Source: Podarcis tiliguerta (Eukaryota). Taken from it: a DNA stretch of 64,000 nt. Where the stretch lies: NCBI GenBank assembly GCA_965153285.1, contig OZ229114.1, one strand, 5' to 3'. Below, one piece after another: positions 27,078 through 37,470 of the stretch; the stretch's first letter is position 1, and each line of letters opens with the position of its first letter. Both the position numbers and the translations under genes were made by a program. The notes beneath the pieces are model-generated. The model searched no databases. It had not been told where the DNA came from and was given only the letters and a program-made list of their open reading frames with translations.

Positions 27078-27390
27078 AGGGGAAAGGCTGTCGCTCAGTG
27101 GTAGAGCTTCTGCTTTGCATGCAGAAAGTTCTAGATTCAGTCCCCAGCATCTTCAGGAATGGGAAAGAGTTTCCTGACTGAACTCAGTTGGTAGAGCATG
27201 AGACTCTTAATCTCAGAGTTGTGGGTTTGAATCCAGTGTTGGGCAAAAGATTCCTGCATTGTAGGGGGTTTGATTAGATGACCTTTGTGGTCCCTTCCAA
27301 CTATACCATTCTATGATTCTATGACTCTAAATACTGAGCTAGATAGGCCTGTGGTTTGGTGCAGTATAAGGTAGCTTCCTATGTTCCTAT
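27078..27390 (+). mobile_element. tRNA-derived SINE interrupted by a second SINE
   Basis: Head at 27078-27160 and tail at 27324-27390 match the 3238/10454 family; the middle is a different element. Confidence 0.65.
27177..27323 (+). mobile_element. tRNA-Lys(CTT)-headed SINE with CR1-type tail
   Basis: CTCAGTTGGTAGAGCATGAGACTCTTAATCTCAG..GTGGGTTTGAATCC..GTTGGGC resembles tRNA-Lys(CTT); ends in (ATTCTATG)2. Confidence 0.7.
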
Positions 27391-27571
27391 AAGTGGCTGG
27401 GCATTACGAAGAGTGACAGAGCTCCTCTAGCAACGTCCACCATTTTGTTTTCCCATTATGCCTCAGATGTTCTATTCTTGGAAAAACACACAGATCCCGG
27501 CTATTAGGAAAACTAAAATAGCAGTCAAAGCCAAGTTTGGCTAACTAAGCCCAAGCCTCCAGTATAGGGAG

Positions 27572-28163
27572 GTGTCAGGTACTGGCTGGATGGTGAAGAG
27601 TGGTGGAAGACACCAGCTGGGAAACTCCCCCCCCCCCATTGGAAATCCCAGAGAGGGAAGGATCAGAGCCAGGACATTGGTGGTGGGACCCTGAGGTGAG
27701 ATCAGAGGGGGGAAATTGGGAGGAGATGCTAGATACTGAAGGGACAACAGAGTTTAGTGAGCAGGAGGAACCTGTGACAGGCAGCAGTTCAGACTCTGAG
27801 GCTGAAGCAGAGGAGGGTGGTCAAGAGACTACTGAAGCATCCTGGGAGTTTCCCTCTCCAGCTGTGACAAGCTCCCATCCCTCCCTACTCCCCAAGAACA
27901 TGCAGGATAATAAGGAGGGCAGACCAGAGACCAGAGACCAGAGGTGCACAGACACACTTTGAGGCTGCCTAGGAAACATCCGGGAGAGGAGGAGCCTTAG
28001 GAGGGGTGGAAGGCAGGCATCTTCAATCCTGGCAACTGAGAAGTGTTGCTGAGCTATATGTCATTTCTGTCTTGCTCTCAGTCTCTATGGCAGTGAACTG
28101 CCACTGACTATTTTTGTAATAATTGTGGTGGTGACCATCGCTGGTGAAGACTGAACCCCAACA
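27572..28163 (+). mobile_element. LTR-like interspersed repeat, related to the inverted copy at about 51050-51639
   Basis: Starts TGTCAGGTACTGGCTGGA...CCAGCTGGGAAACTCCC; similar start on the - strand at 51639; no TSD seen. Confidence 0.4.
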
Positions 28164-28324
28164 TTAAAGTGAAGTTCAGTAATTGTGAAAAGAGGTGTAA
28201 GGGAGCAGGAGAGTGAGCTAAGAAGTGGATGGCTCGATGATTTCTAAACATCTCGATGGGAACCTGTCCCACCTGTAATGCCCATATTGCGCTAACTTCT
28301 GGTTTTCACTGTTCCTCTTCCCAG

Positions 28325-28459
28325 GGGGTCGGGGCTTGGCTGTGGGGCCCATCCTGAGTGAAGCAGCCTCCGACATATTTTGCGACAACGAGAACGGAGC
28401 CAACTTCCTCTTCAAGAACCAGGGTGATGGTACCTTCATAGACGTAGCGCCCTCTGCTG
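28325..28459 (+). CDS. CRTAC1: CRTAC1 exon 6 (GGRGLAVGPILSEAASDIFCDNENGANFLFKNQGDGTFIDVAPSA)
   Basis: CCCAG acceptor, G|GTGAGT donor, 135 nt; translated by hand. Confidence 0.96.
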
Positions 28460-29062
28460 GTGAGTGAGTGGCAAGGGTGAGGGTGTCATCAGAAGCCATT
28501 AGCTGTGGGGCAGCTGCTTGGCCCTCTTTCATTCTGGTGGGGTCCTGCCATTTCCCTGTCCCTCTCCTTGCCTGCTGGTGTGTGTGTGTGTGATGACAAG
28601 TGCCTGAGGGCTCAGCCACCACCAGTAATTGAGCGTCTGGCTGATCACTGGAGTTTAACGAGGTGTCAGGGTGGCATCCATCACCGTGGTGCTGCTGATG
28701 ACACCTATCCCCTTTAGAAACACTCCTTCCTTGTCAGCAAGAGAATAGGAGTAGGGGGACCTGCGGGGAGAGGTGGGAAGGATGGGTTAGGTGTCCATGG
28801 GAATCCGCAGAGGTCCTCTGGCCCCTGCCTGTGGACTGCCTGCTCCACCAGCCATCCTCTGCCCCCTGTAGCCTGCCACCCACTATCCCATCCTTGACAG
28901 GCTGAATTTGAGCCACTTGGGGCAAGAGCTGCCTGATAACCTCTGAGCTACTCAACCTCTGAGCCTGGCGTCAGCAGAAGGGAAGGCTAAGTTGAGTCCA
29001 CAGCGTCCTTTTGCCTTCAGGGCACTCTCAGCCCTGCTGACTTCCTCTGCCGCCCCCCACAG

Positions 29063-29202
29063 GCCTGGATGACCCCTACCAGCACGGTCGCGGCGTGGCG
29101 CTGGCCGACTTCAACCGCGACGGCAAAGTGGACCTGATCTACGGTAACTGGAACGGACCTCACCGGCTCTACCTGCAGATGAGCGCAGGTGGGCGCTTCC
29201 GA
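29063..29202 (+). CDS. CRTAC1: CRTAC1 exon 7 (GLDDPYQHGRGVALADFNRDGKVDLIYGNWNGPHRLYLQMSAGGRFR)
   Basis: CACAG acceptor, CGA|GTAAGT donor, 140 nt; FG-GAP calcium loop DFNRDGKVD. Confidence 0.96.
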
Positions 29203-30107
29203 GTAAGTGTCACGTGGAAGAGGGAGGTCCCAAAACGGTGAAAGGCCTGGGCTGTGAGCAGGGAAGTGGTGGGATCAGGGAGGGAGAGTCCAGTCCTTGA
29301 AGTGCCTAAGAAAGAGTGGAACAGAGAAGCCTTACTCTGGCATTCAGTGAACGCTTGGTGTTGGGGAAAGATACAGTGTGTGGGGTGCGTGTTTTTGTGC
29401 AAGGCCATGTGGGCCAGCCACACTCCTAGCTCCCCGCCCCCCGCTCCACAAACACTTGCCAGCTTTCGTGCATTGACTCCTGAGGTTCTGGAGGAGGATT
29501 CTTTGTGTGTTCAGCTGGATGCGCTTAGGATCAGGAACGTTGTGCAATTGAGAGTTCCCAGTTGCGGGCACACTTCCAAGTGCGCTCAGCTGAATATACG
29601 AACCCTTCCCCTTCAGACCCTTCCTGCTCAATGTGCGAAGGCTGGGCTGGAGCAGGCAGGGATCCCCACTGCCACCGCCACTCGGCGCTCCCTCTGTGCT
29701 TTATCCCCCCCCCCCCCACGCATTCTGGAAAGCCAGAGCAGAACTGCAGATCACCAAGGAGACTGCTGCCTTTGCCCCCAGCTGGGCCGCCAGATGTTCC
29801 TTGTTTTTAAAGGGTTGCCTCGTCTTTTAGACCCGCGGCTCTGCACCGTTGCTTATTCCTGCCATGTCGACCAGGCAGCCTTTTCCTCTCCTTGGTTCCT
29901 TCTCCAGCTGCTGCCTTGCAAGAGACTGCAGTCTCTGCGCTGTGCCCAGCTCCTCCAGCTCTGCTCCCCTCCCCACTCCACAGCTCCCGTGTATTCTGGC
30001 CCTGCCAGCCACAATGCCTCCTGACCCCTCCCCTCCTTAGACCTGAGCTTCCTCTTGGCCCTGCTCCAGCCCAAGCCCTGCCCCACTAACCCCCGTCCTT
30101 CCCCCAG

Positions 30108-30244
30108 GACATTGCCACGCCCAAACTGTCCATGCCATCACCTGTCCGCACCGTCATCGCTGCTGACTTTGACAATGACCAGGAGTTGGAGGTCTTCTTC
30201 AACAACATCGCCTATCGCGGCTCATCCGCCAACCGCCTCTTCCG
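30108..30244 (+). CDS. CRTAC1: CRTAC1 exon 8 (DIATPKLSMPSPVRTVIAADFDNDQELEVFFNNIAYRGSSANRLF)
   Basis: CCCCAG acceptor, CG|GTGGGT donor, 137 nt. Confidence 0.96.
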
Positions 30245-30925
30245 GTGGGTGAGAGCCACGTGGCCACCAGAGGCTGGGGCAGTGGGCTCCCCATCTTACC
30301 AGGCTCCCGGGCACTGCAGGGAGGGCGACCCCCGCACCAGAGTCTGTGGTGAACCCGCTTCGTCCTTAGGAAGTCCTGCATGCAGAACTTGAGAATATGG
30401 GGAGAGGGAGGAGGGAGGGCTGGATTCTGCATCCAGAATCTAGCGCCTTTTAGATCCCCCACTGCCATAACCCACAGGAGGGCGTGTTCTATCCTGCTCT
30501 GCCCTCCCTCCGGTCAGCTGACACAGCTGTGACTGAGCTCCTTCCTACACCGCTACTAATACAGCAGTTCTGTTCCGCCTAGACCACATCCCTGGAGGTT
30601 CTGGCTTTCACTAATTAGCACTTATGCACGGTTCCCATTAATTGTAGGCAATCAATGGCTCGTTAAACAGAGCCGCTTACATTTCTCAGGCTAATAAAGT
30701 GATAGCAGCAGCATGTGGCAAATCTGGGCAGTCCGTGCGGAAACCTGTTGCTATGCGAGTGGGCAGGGCCCCTTTCTGGGAAGATAAGGATTTGGCAAGA
30801 TAGTGTGTGGGCAAAGGGTGGTGCCCACTCAGGAGTAGTGGTAGTAGGCTTGACTCCCATGACGGGCCCTTTTGTGGGAGGGAAGAGCATCTTCTCTGCA
30901 CTGGCACACTCCCCTTCTGCCACAG

Positions 30926-31008
30926 GGTGGTCCGCCGAGAGCATGCTGACCCGGCCATCGAGGAACTGAACCCTGGTGATGCCGTGGAACCTGAGGGGCG
31001 TGGCACAG
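30926..31008 (+). CDS. CRTAC1: CRTAC1 exon 9 (RVVRREHADPAIEELNPGDAVEPEGRGT)
   Basis: CACAG acceptor, CAG|GTGGGT donor, 83 nt. Confidence 0.95.
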
Positions 31009-31162
31009 GTGGGTCTCCACAATGTCTCTTGTGGAACATGATCAGGTGGCTTCACCTGATCAGGAATGGGCTTAGTGAACAGAGGGGTTACTCTAACCAC
31101 CAGATGGCCTGGGGTGGGGGCTTGTTCCAAAATTCATATTTATATTCCACCCTGCATATAAA

Positions 31163-31260
31163 TAAGGTAAAGGGACTCCTGACCATTAGGTCCAGTCATG
31201 GACAACTCTGGGGTTGCGGCGCTCGTCTCGCTTTATTGGCCAAGGGAGCTGGCGTACAGC
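31163..31260 (-). mobile_element. Sauria SINE 3' fragment
   Basis: AAGGTAAAGGGACTCCTGACCATTAGGTCCAGTC is the reverse complement of the 3' end of the 59932 copy. Confidence 0.8.
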
Positions 31261-31486
31261 AGGGATTATCAGCATGGGGATGGATGCAGGGAGCATCTTC
31301 TCACTGCAGAGACAGCAGGCACTCAAAAGAGACGGGAGAGGATTGGCAGAGCTGGGGGCTTCGGTATCCCATGAAAAGATCAGAACTTTATGATTTGGTG
31401 GGTGGAGGGGAGAGGGACAAAATATCCTCTTGCCCCAAGCCAAAAGGTCTGTGATCTGGTCACACATGCTTGGCCAACTCTTATAG

Positions 31487-31646
31487 NNNNNNNNNNNNNN
31501 NNNNNNNNNNNNNNNNNNNNNNNNNNNNNNNNNNNNNNNNNNNNNNNNNNNNNNNNNNNNNNNNNNNNNNNNNNNNNNNNNNNNNNNNNNNNNNNNNNNN
31601 NNNNNNNNNNNNNNNNNNNNNNNNNNNNNNNNNNNNNNNNNNNNNN
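31487..31646. other. Assembly gap (160 N) in CRTAC1 intron 9
   Basis: Run of N; exons 9 and 10 join in frame, so no coding exon is required in the gap. Confidence 0.99.
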
Positions 31647-32062
31647 TTTTGTGAAACATCTCTAAGTGACCTTCAAAATATTAAAATACAAAACAACTTA
31701 CCAAGCAGAAAGAATTCATAGCATATCATAACCCATAAAAATAATTAAAGTGTGCCTCCATCAAGAAGAAGCAAGATGACTCCTACACCACTAAAAGGTG
31801 AAACCAAGCCAGGCCAGAATCTTACTTCATGACTATTACATTAAGATCCAGAGGTTGGCTGTGTGGAATTCCCACCCACCACCAAGACGCTAAAATCTTG
31901 AGTAACATTCGCAGAAATGATGTCGCCATTTACAAAGCATTTGGCACCGGGAACCGAAACAGTTTCTGGGGTGAACAGGCACACGGATGGTCAGTGTCAG
32001 TGGAGGCAATTTGGGTGGACTCATGGGGCAGAGATGTAAGAAGTCCTATTGTGTCATTCCAG

Positions 32063-32163
32063 GGGGGGCAGTGGTGGATTTTGATGGCGATGGAAGGCTG
32101 GACCTGATCCTATCACATGGAGAGTCCATGGCCCAGCCGCTTTCAGTCTTCAAGGTCAACGAG
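32063..32163 (+). CDS. CRTAC1: CRTAC1 exon 10 (GGAVVDFDGDGRLDLILSHGESMAQPLSVFKVNE)
   Basis: TTCCAG acceptor, GAG|GTGGGT donor, 101 nt. Confidence 0.96.
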
Positions 32164-32292
32164 GTGGGTGCTGAGAGGTGCTCCTCACAATGCGTTCAGA
32201 TCCCAGCCCACATCTGAGCAAGCATGGACCACTCCTTCCTCCTTTTTGTGCCTGCTCATTCCTTGGTTGAGTCTGTCTGTCCATCTCCACAG

Positions 32293-32461
32293 GGCGCTGG
32301 CAACAACTGGCTGCGAGTGATCCCACGTACGCGCTTTGGGGCATTTGCTCGCGGTGCCAAGGTGGTGCTCTTCACACGTCAGAGTGGCGCCCATCTACGT
32401 ATCATTGATGGAGGGTCTGGGTACTTGTGCGAGATGGAGCCCGTTGCCCATTTCGGCTTGG
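32293..32461 (+). CDS. CRTAC1: CRTAC1 exon 11, ASPIC/UnbV domain (GAGNNWLRVIPRTRFGAFARGAKV...GGSGYLCEMEPVAHFGL)
   Basis: CACAG acceptor, G|GTGAGT donor, 169 nt. Confidence 0.96.
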
Positions 32462-33360
32462 GTGAGTGTGGAGGAGTTGGAAGCAGGGCTTGGAGCCTGA
32501 GCGGGGTGTGTGCCCTCCCAGGTCTCTTCTCATCCTGTCCATCTTCACGGCCATCCCAATGATGCTTCTGAGCTTCCTGGATCCCCTCTGCCGCTCATCC
32601 CTGATAATACCTGCCCTGCACTACCAGAACACATTGCAAGCTATGCCGACATTTGTTTCTGTCCTTCCTCTGACAAGCTCCCTTCAGTCTGAAACCTCTG
32701 CCTCTAGGCATAATGCCCCATCTTTGACTTCTCCCAGGTCTGCTAATGTTGCTGAAAAACAGGGTAGATTTGGTGAAACCTACCTATCCCCGGTGTGCAG
32801 TCCTCTTTTTTCAAAATGTTTAGAAAGTCTGCTTCCTGTCCTCCTTTAAAAAGCAAGTGGCAGGATCTTGCCGTCCTAAAAAGCAGAGCGGACGTGCGTT
32901 GCAGCGAGGCCCCTGCCTGCCCCCTCCAGCTGTTCCTGCAGAAGGGACGGCATGTCTCCACACCTCATTACTCTTCCACAGCCCCGAGGTGGCCCAACTT
33001 AGTGGGGCCTGGCTGGGTTAGAGCACGCTGTGAGTTGAGAAGCCAAGTGGCACGGAAAGTCAGAGGGCCCGTGCCCCACAATGCCCCACATCCCTGCTCA
33101 CAGCTGGCCTTGTGCCCAAGAGCCATGCTAGTGTTGGCTCAGAGTGCTTGATGGAAGGACATGACCCTCATCACATCCCAAGTTCTTTCATCTCTGCAGG
33201 AAGAAATGGTTGAAAGGGGGAAGAGGGAAAGGAAAGCACAGACCACCGCATGAGAGGAAGATGGTTCTCCAGAGCAATTCAGATCCCTGGGTGGGCTGCA
33301 CGGGGGTTTTTTTGTTTATCTCTCCTGGGCTCAACCCTTCCTTGCTTTTCTTCCCTGTAG

Positions 33361-33509
33361 GACAGGATGAGCCTAGCAGCCTGGAGGTGACTTGGCCAGA
33401 TGGCCGGGTGATCAGCCGGTCGATAGCAAGCAGCGAGATCAATTCCGTGCTGGAGATCCCCTATCCCCGGGACACTCCGGGATCACCCCTTACCATTCTG
33501 CCTCTGGAG
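33361..33509 (+). CDS. CRTAC1: CRTAC1 exon 12 (GQDEPSSLEVTWPDG...SVLEIPYPRDTPGSPLTILPLE)
   Basis: CTGTAG acceptor, GAG|GTGAGC donor, 149 nt. Confidence 0.95.
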
Positions 33510-34128
33510 GTGAGCCTTTGCCAGCCATGTGCATCTTACTTAGAATGGATCCCTCCTCAATTTCACCCTTTCCTCTTTGAAATTTTTTTCCGTTTTCTCA
33601 TCTCACTGAGAAAAGGGCCATGCAAAATTCTGTTGGAGGCTCTGTGCTGACAGAGGTATTATTTTTGTCCCCTTAGAAAGGCAAATTGCAAACCTAAGCT
33701 GTGTTTCCTGCATTAAAGCATGTCAAGAATCCTCGTAATAATGTAACTCCTTCCAATAACAAATTCAGTGCCCCCTTGTTGAAAGAAATGGACATCAAAA
33801 GAGCCACTGAGGGTATCTCAGCAGGCAAAGGGGAATCCTGAGCTTCGCAGAAGTGTAAATAAATACATCTAAAAATTAAATATCAAAAGAGGGCAATTCC
33901 CTGTCTCTTAAAAGAAAGTGAAGGCTGAGTATGTTCACTGGTCCCTAAGATTTGCGGTTCGCAGAGTGTCATATAAAAAAAACCCAGAAAATGGGAGAGA
34001 GTGACTTGCTTTAGCTGCTTGTGACTTATAGTATGCTGAAAAAAGATGCACTGCAATATTTTTTGTAGGGCCTCTTCTTCCTTCTTAAGAGTGAACTGTG
34101 GTGGTTGAGGGCCTGTCAAGCAAAATAA

Positions 34129-34342
34129 GTAAAGGTAAAGGGACCCCTGACCATTAGGTCCAGTCGTGACCGACTCTGGGGTTGCGGCGATCATCTCGCT
34201 TTATTGGCCGAGGGAGCTGGCGTACAGCTTCCAGGTCATGTGGCCAGCATGACTAAGCCGCTTCTGGCGAACCAGAGCACGGAAACGCCGTTTACCTTCC
34301 CGCTGGAGCAGTACCTATTTATCTACTTACACTTTGACGTGC
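34129..34342 (-). mobile_element. Sauria SINE, 5'-truncated
   Basis: Near-identical reverse complement of the 3' two-thirds of the 59932-60279 copy. Confidence 0.88.
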
Positions 34343-36274
34343 TAAATGGGGCCACCCAAAATTAAGACAGTGACTTCCAAGTAGTTGGAGGGGCCCTAGA
34401 TTTTCAGAAGAAGTTACATTTGGGGGTTGAAAGAAAAGGACAAGCTCATGTGCTACTATTGGGCAAGATTTTCTCTCTTTTTCAAACGCCATTTTCTTTT
34501 AATGGACAAACTTGGTGGTTACTTGCCCAGTTAGGTAACAGCCTTCCCAGGAGGGTGTCCACTTTCACATACCCCCCCCCCAAAAAAAGAGGACATAAAA
34601 TTTGCAAATGTCAAGTTATACATATAGATGCAAACTGAAAAACAATTACTATCATTTAAACAGAAATACAGGTGGGAAGACTCTGGCCAGGTAACCTGTG
34701 TATCTGCTCTGGCTGCTGTTTAGATGCTAGCTACAGGTTCAGGGCCCCTGCTCACTTCCCCTTCTTAGAGTTCCTTATTTTTAAACTGGACTTGGACCAA
34801 CCAGACCGTTGATTAGAGGATTCCTTCAGGCTGATCAGCTGGCCTAATTTCCTACTCCTCTGTTATGGGGTGGCATACAAATGCCACTAATAACATCGGT
34901 TATTTGAGTCTGTTCCCTTTGAGTGGTCTGTTTTGGAGCTCCCTGATTTGTGGCAGCAACAGTTCAAGTGATCAGGGAGGCTGTAAACCAGCCGAAGGGG
35001 CCTTGGTGTGCTAGACAGATAATAACTGAAATGACGTTTCTACAAAATGTGCTTCCGTCAGCTCAGTGAATTTCAACACTAGAGTTGCAGCGGAAGGCGG
35101 CACAGAATGGCTAGACAGTCCGTGCCAAAAAGTTCTGCAACACGACTTCTTCAGCTCTAGCTGCAGCAGGAATTGCTGGAGTTATTCCTAGTGAAGTGGT
35201 CCAGAGCAGACTTTGTCCTTCCCCTGCTCTGCTTTCTCTGCTGCCATCTGTCAAGTTGACCAATAAAGGCTGCTGAAGTTTGCAGAGAGAACCTGAATAT
35301 TCACTTGCCTTGACGAAAGGTCTGGATATGACTTTGTACACCATCATCAGATAGTTGGACCAGTCATGTTCTGGTGGATGGGCAGCCGGATAAGGGCAAG
35401 CTATGTAGGTTAGATAACCTCTCTGTTTGGTGAATGCTGAGTTGTGAATTCTCTGTGTTCAGTGGCAAATTTACTAGATGTTAAGAGTACCTGCATCTAC
35501 ACCATGGAAATGAACAAGACTTGCTCCTGTCCATCCTCCCAAAGAAGCCCACTATCCAGGAATCTGACGTGGGTCCTTTACTGTGCATTATAGGAAATCA
35601 CTTGTAAAGGATGCCCCATGTTCTTTTTTAGAGGAAGCGGCTCTGAATGTGAACCCATTTGTACATATGGATTTCCCCCTTCCATTGAAGTGAAGTGGGA
35701 AGGCCAGATGTCCCATATGTGAAGCGCAGAGTCTGGGTTTGGGTAGTCTGGCTGTAGCATTACTCCCACTGCTACACAGAACTGTTATAAATACTGGAGA
35801 GATGTGGAGTCGCAGCAGAATATGTCATCCCCTTCGTCACAGATCTTAAGAAGTCTAGAACAGCATGCAGCCGACCCTTTCCTTCTTTGCTTCCCAGATT
35901 GCAGGACAGTGAATTTGCCCATTGCAAAACACTCGGAGGTGAAGAAATAGGCACACAAGGCAATTGAGACCTTGGGGAATGATTGGGGAACTCATCTCAT
36001 CTTCTGCCAGCTGTGAAAGCCCAGCCTAGGTTCCCCTGCTGTTTTAAAGTGTTGAGCAGAAACTTTCCGTATACCTTTCAGAACTGAGATGATAACAAAA
36101 AGAGACTTAAGGGCTGAGAGCTACCACATTAGCTGCTATATGGTCTGAGGCAGCCACACAAACTCCCTGATTTCCTGGAAATAGCATCTTGGAGGAGGCA
36201 AGGCAGAGAGGGAGCTGAGGCTGGGAGGCAATTAGGCAGCACACGGATAACACATTTCTCTCTTTCCCCCGCAG

Positions 36275-36317
36275 TGTGGCCAAGGCTTCTCTCAGCATGA
36301 GAACGGGCGATGTGTTG
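36275..36317 (+). CDS. CRTAC1: CRTAC1 exon 13 (CGQGFSQHENGRCV)
   Basis: CCGCAG acceptor after a pyrimidine tract, G|GTGAGT donor, 43 nt. Confidence 0.94.
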
Positions 36318-36586
36318 GTGAGTCACCTGCAAGGGGCAGCTCAGTGAATGGTGCTCGGGTGCAATTTCCTCTACCCACAACTGGGCTCAATGGGGCACAA
36401 GGCGGGCTCTTTGTGGCAGCCGTCCACAGCCACACAGCGGTAGTCTCTGGGGATAAAGCAACAGCCCAACCGTGGTGTTAAGATGCTGTTGTTAGATTCT
36501 GTCCTGTCCTGGGCCTCCGTCACACTCTCTTTCTCTCTCTTTACCCCCCTCCCTCCCTCCACCCGCCCTCTGCCCCCTTTTCTCAG

Positions 36587-36730
36587 ATATGGATGAGTGT
36601 GCAGAATTCCCCTTTGTCTGCCCCAGGGGCAGGCCCATCTGCATCAACACATATGGCGGGTACCGTTGCCGCAGCAACAAGCGCTGCAATCGCGGCTTTG
36701 AGCCCAACGAGGACGGCACAGCTTGCGTTG
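36587..36730 (+). CDS. CRTAC1: CRTAC1 exon 14, calcium-binding EGF (DMDECAEFPFVCPRGRPICINTYGGYRCRSNKRCNRGFEPNEDGTACV)
   Basis: TCTCAG acceptor, G|GTGAGT donor, 144 nt, phase 1-1. Confidence 0.96.
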
Positions 36731-37337
36731 GTGAGTGATGGCATTGGCAGGCCAGAGGGAGGGAGAGAGAGAGGCGCCCCCCACAGGGGCTGAGCCCTCC
36801 CTTGAAGCCACCCGAGCGGTGAAAAGTTTAACTGAGGCTGGGTTTTCTTTATTTCATAATCCCAAGATGGGAAGGAGCAAGGGAAAGCAGTGAAGCCAGT
36901 GAGGTCCTGAGCTTGGAATCATGATCTCTGTACGTTGGCCAATGAGAAGGTGGGGTGGGGGGCACTGTAGTACCTGCTTTGTATGCTGTGTTAGGATGCC
37001 TGAGCAAAGGAGGAGAAGCGGTAAAGTATACCTTCGGGCCAAATAATACATCTGGCATCAGGCATGAGTCTGGAAAAGTGTAATAGTTGCCGAACAGCTG
37101 CAAAGCAGTGGGCAAAGAGTGCAATTTGCAGGGAGGTGTGGAAATGGGTGCTTACCCCCCCCCCGCACCTGTTGCTTTCCTCTGTATGTTCAATGGTAGG
37201 TAGGGTTACCAGGCCCTTGTCAGGCAGCAAACATTTGGTTCAGCCCCTGAAGACCTTCCTCTTTGCCAACTGCCACTAACTCTTGCCTTGTCTTTCTCTT
37301 TCCTTCTCTCTGTCTCTCTGTCTCCCTCTCTGTGCAG

Positions 37338-37456
37338 CTCAAGTGGCCTTTTTTGGTGGATACCCTTCCTCAGGGAGCTGGCTGGGCCCCATCTTGCCCT
37401 CTGCCCCTCTTCTTCCACTTTGCCTCGGACTCTGCTTTCACTCCTATGCACTTTAA
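37338..37456 (+). CDS. CRTAC1: CRTAC1 last exon, B/LOTUS type (AQVAFFGGYPSSGSWLGPILPSAPLLPLCLGLCFHSYAL*); isoform about 646 aa
   Basis: Long pyrimidine tract plus TGCAG, phase 1; resembles the recalled CRTAC1-B tail AQVAFLGGY...LGLCLQLYAL. Confidence 0.9.
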
Positions 37457-37464
37457 GCCTTGCC

Positions 37465-37470
37465 AATAAA
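37465..37470 (+). terminator. Polyadenylation signal candidate for the B isoform
   Basis: AATAAA 8 nt after the TAA stop. Confidence 0.5.

Noticed and set aside
27177-27245. Possible tRNA-Lys(CTT) gene
   Set aside because: Acceptor and T-arm are degenerate and it runs straight into a CR1-like tail, so it is a SINE head
27600-27962. Acidic 120-aa ORF
   Set aside because: Lies in an LTR-like repeat with a related inverted copy near 51050-51639; purine-rich composition explains it
29254-30024. 256-aa ORF in CRTAC1 intron 7
   Set aside because: Non-ATG start, no recognisable domain, GC-rich intron
31487-31646. Missing CRTAC1 exon hidden in the N gap
   Set aside because: Exon 9 (phase 1 end) and exon 10 join to give the continuous GRGTGGAVVDFDGDG sequence
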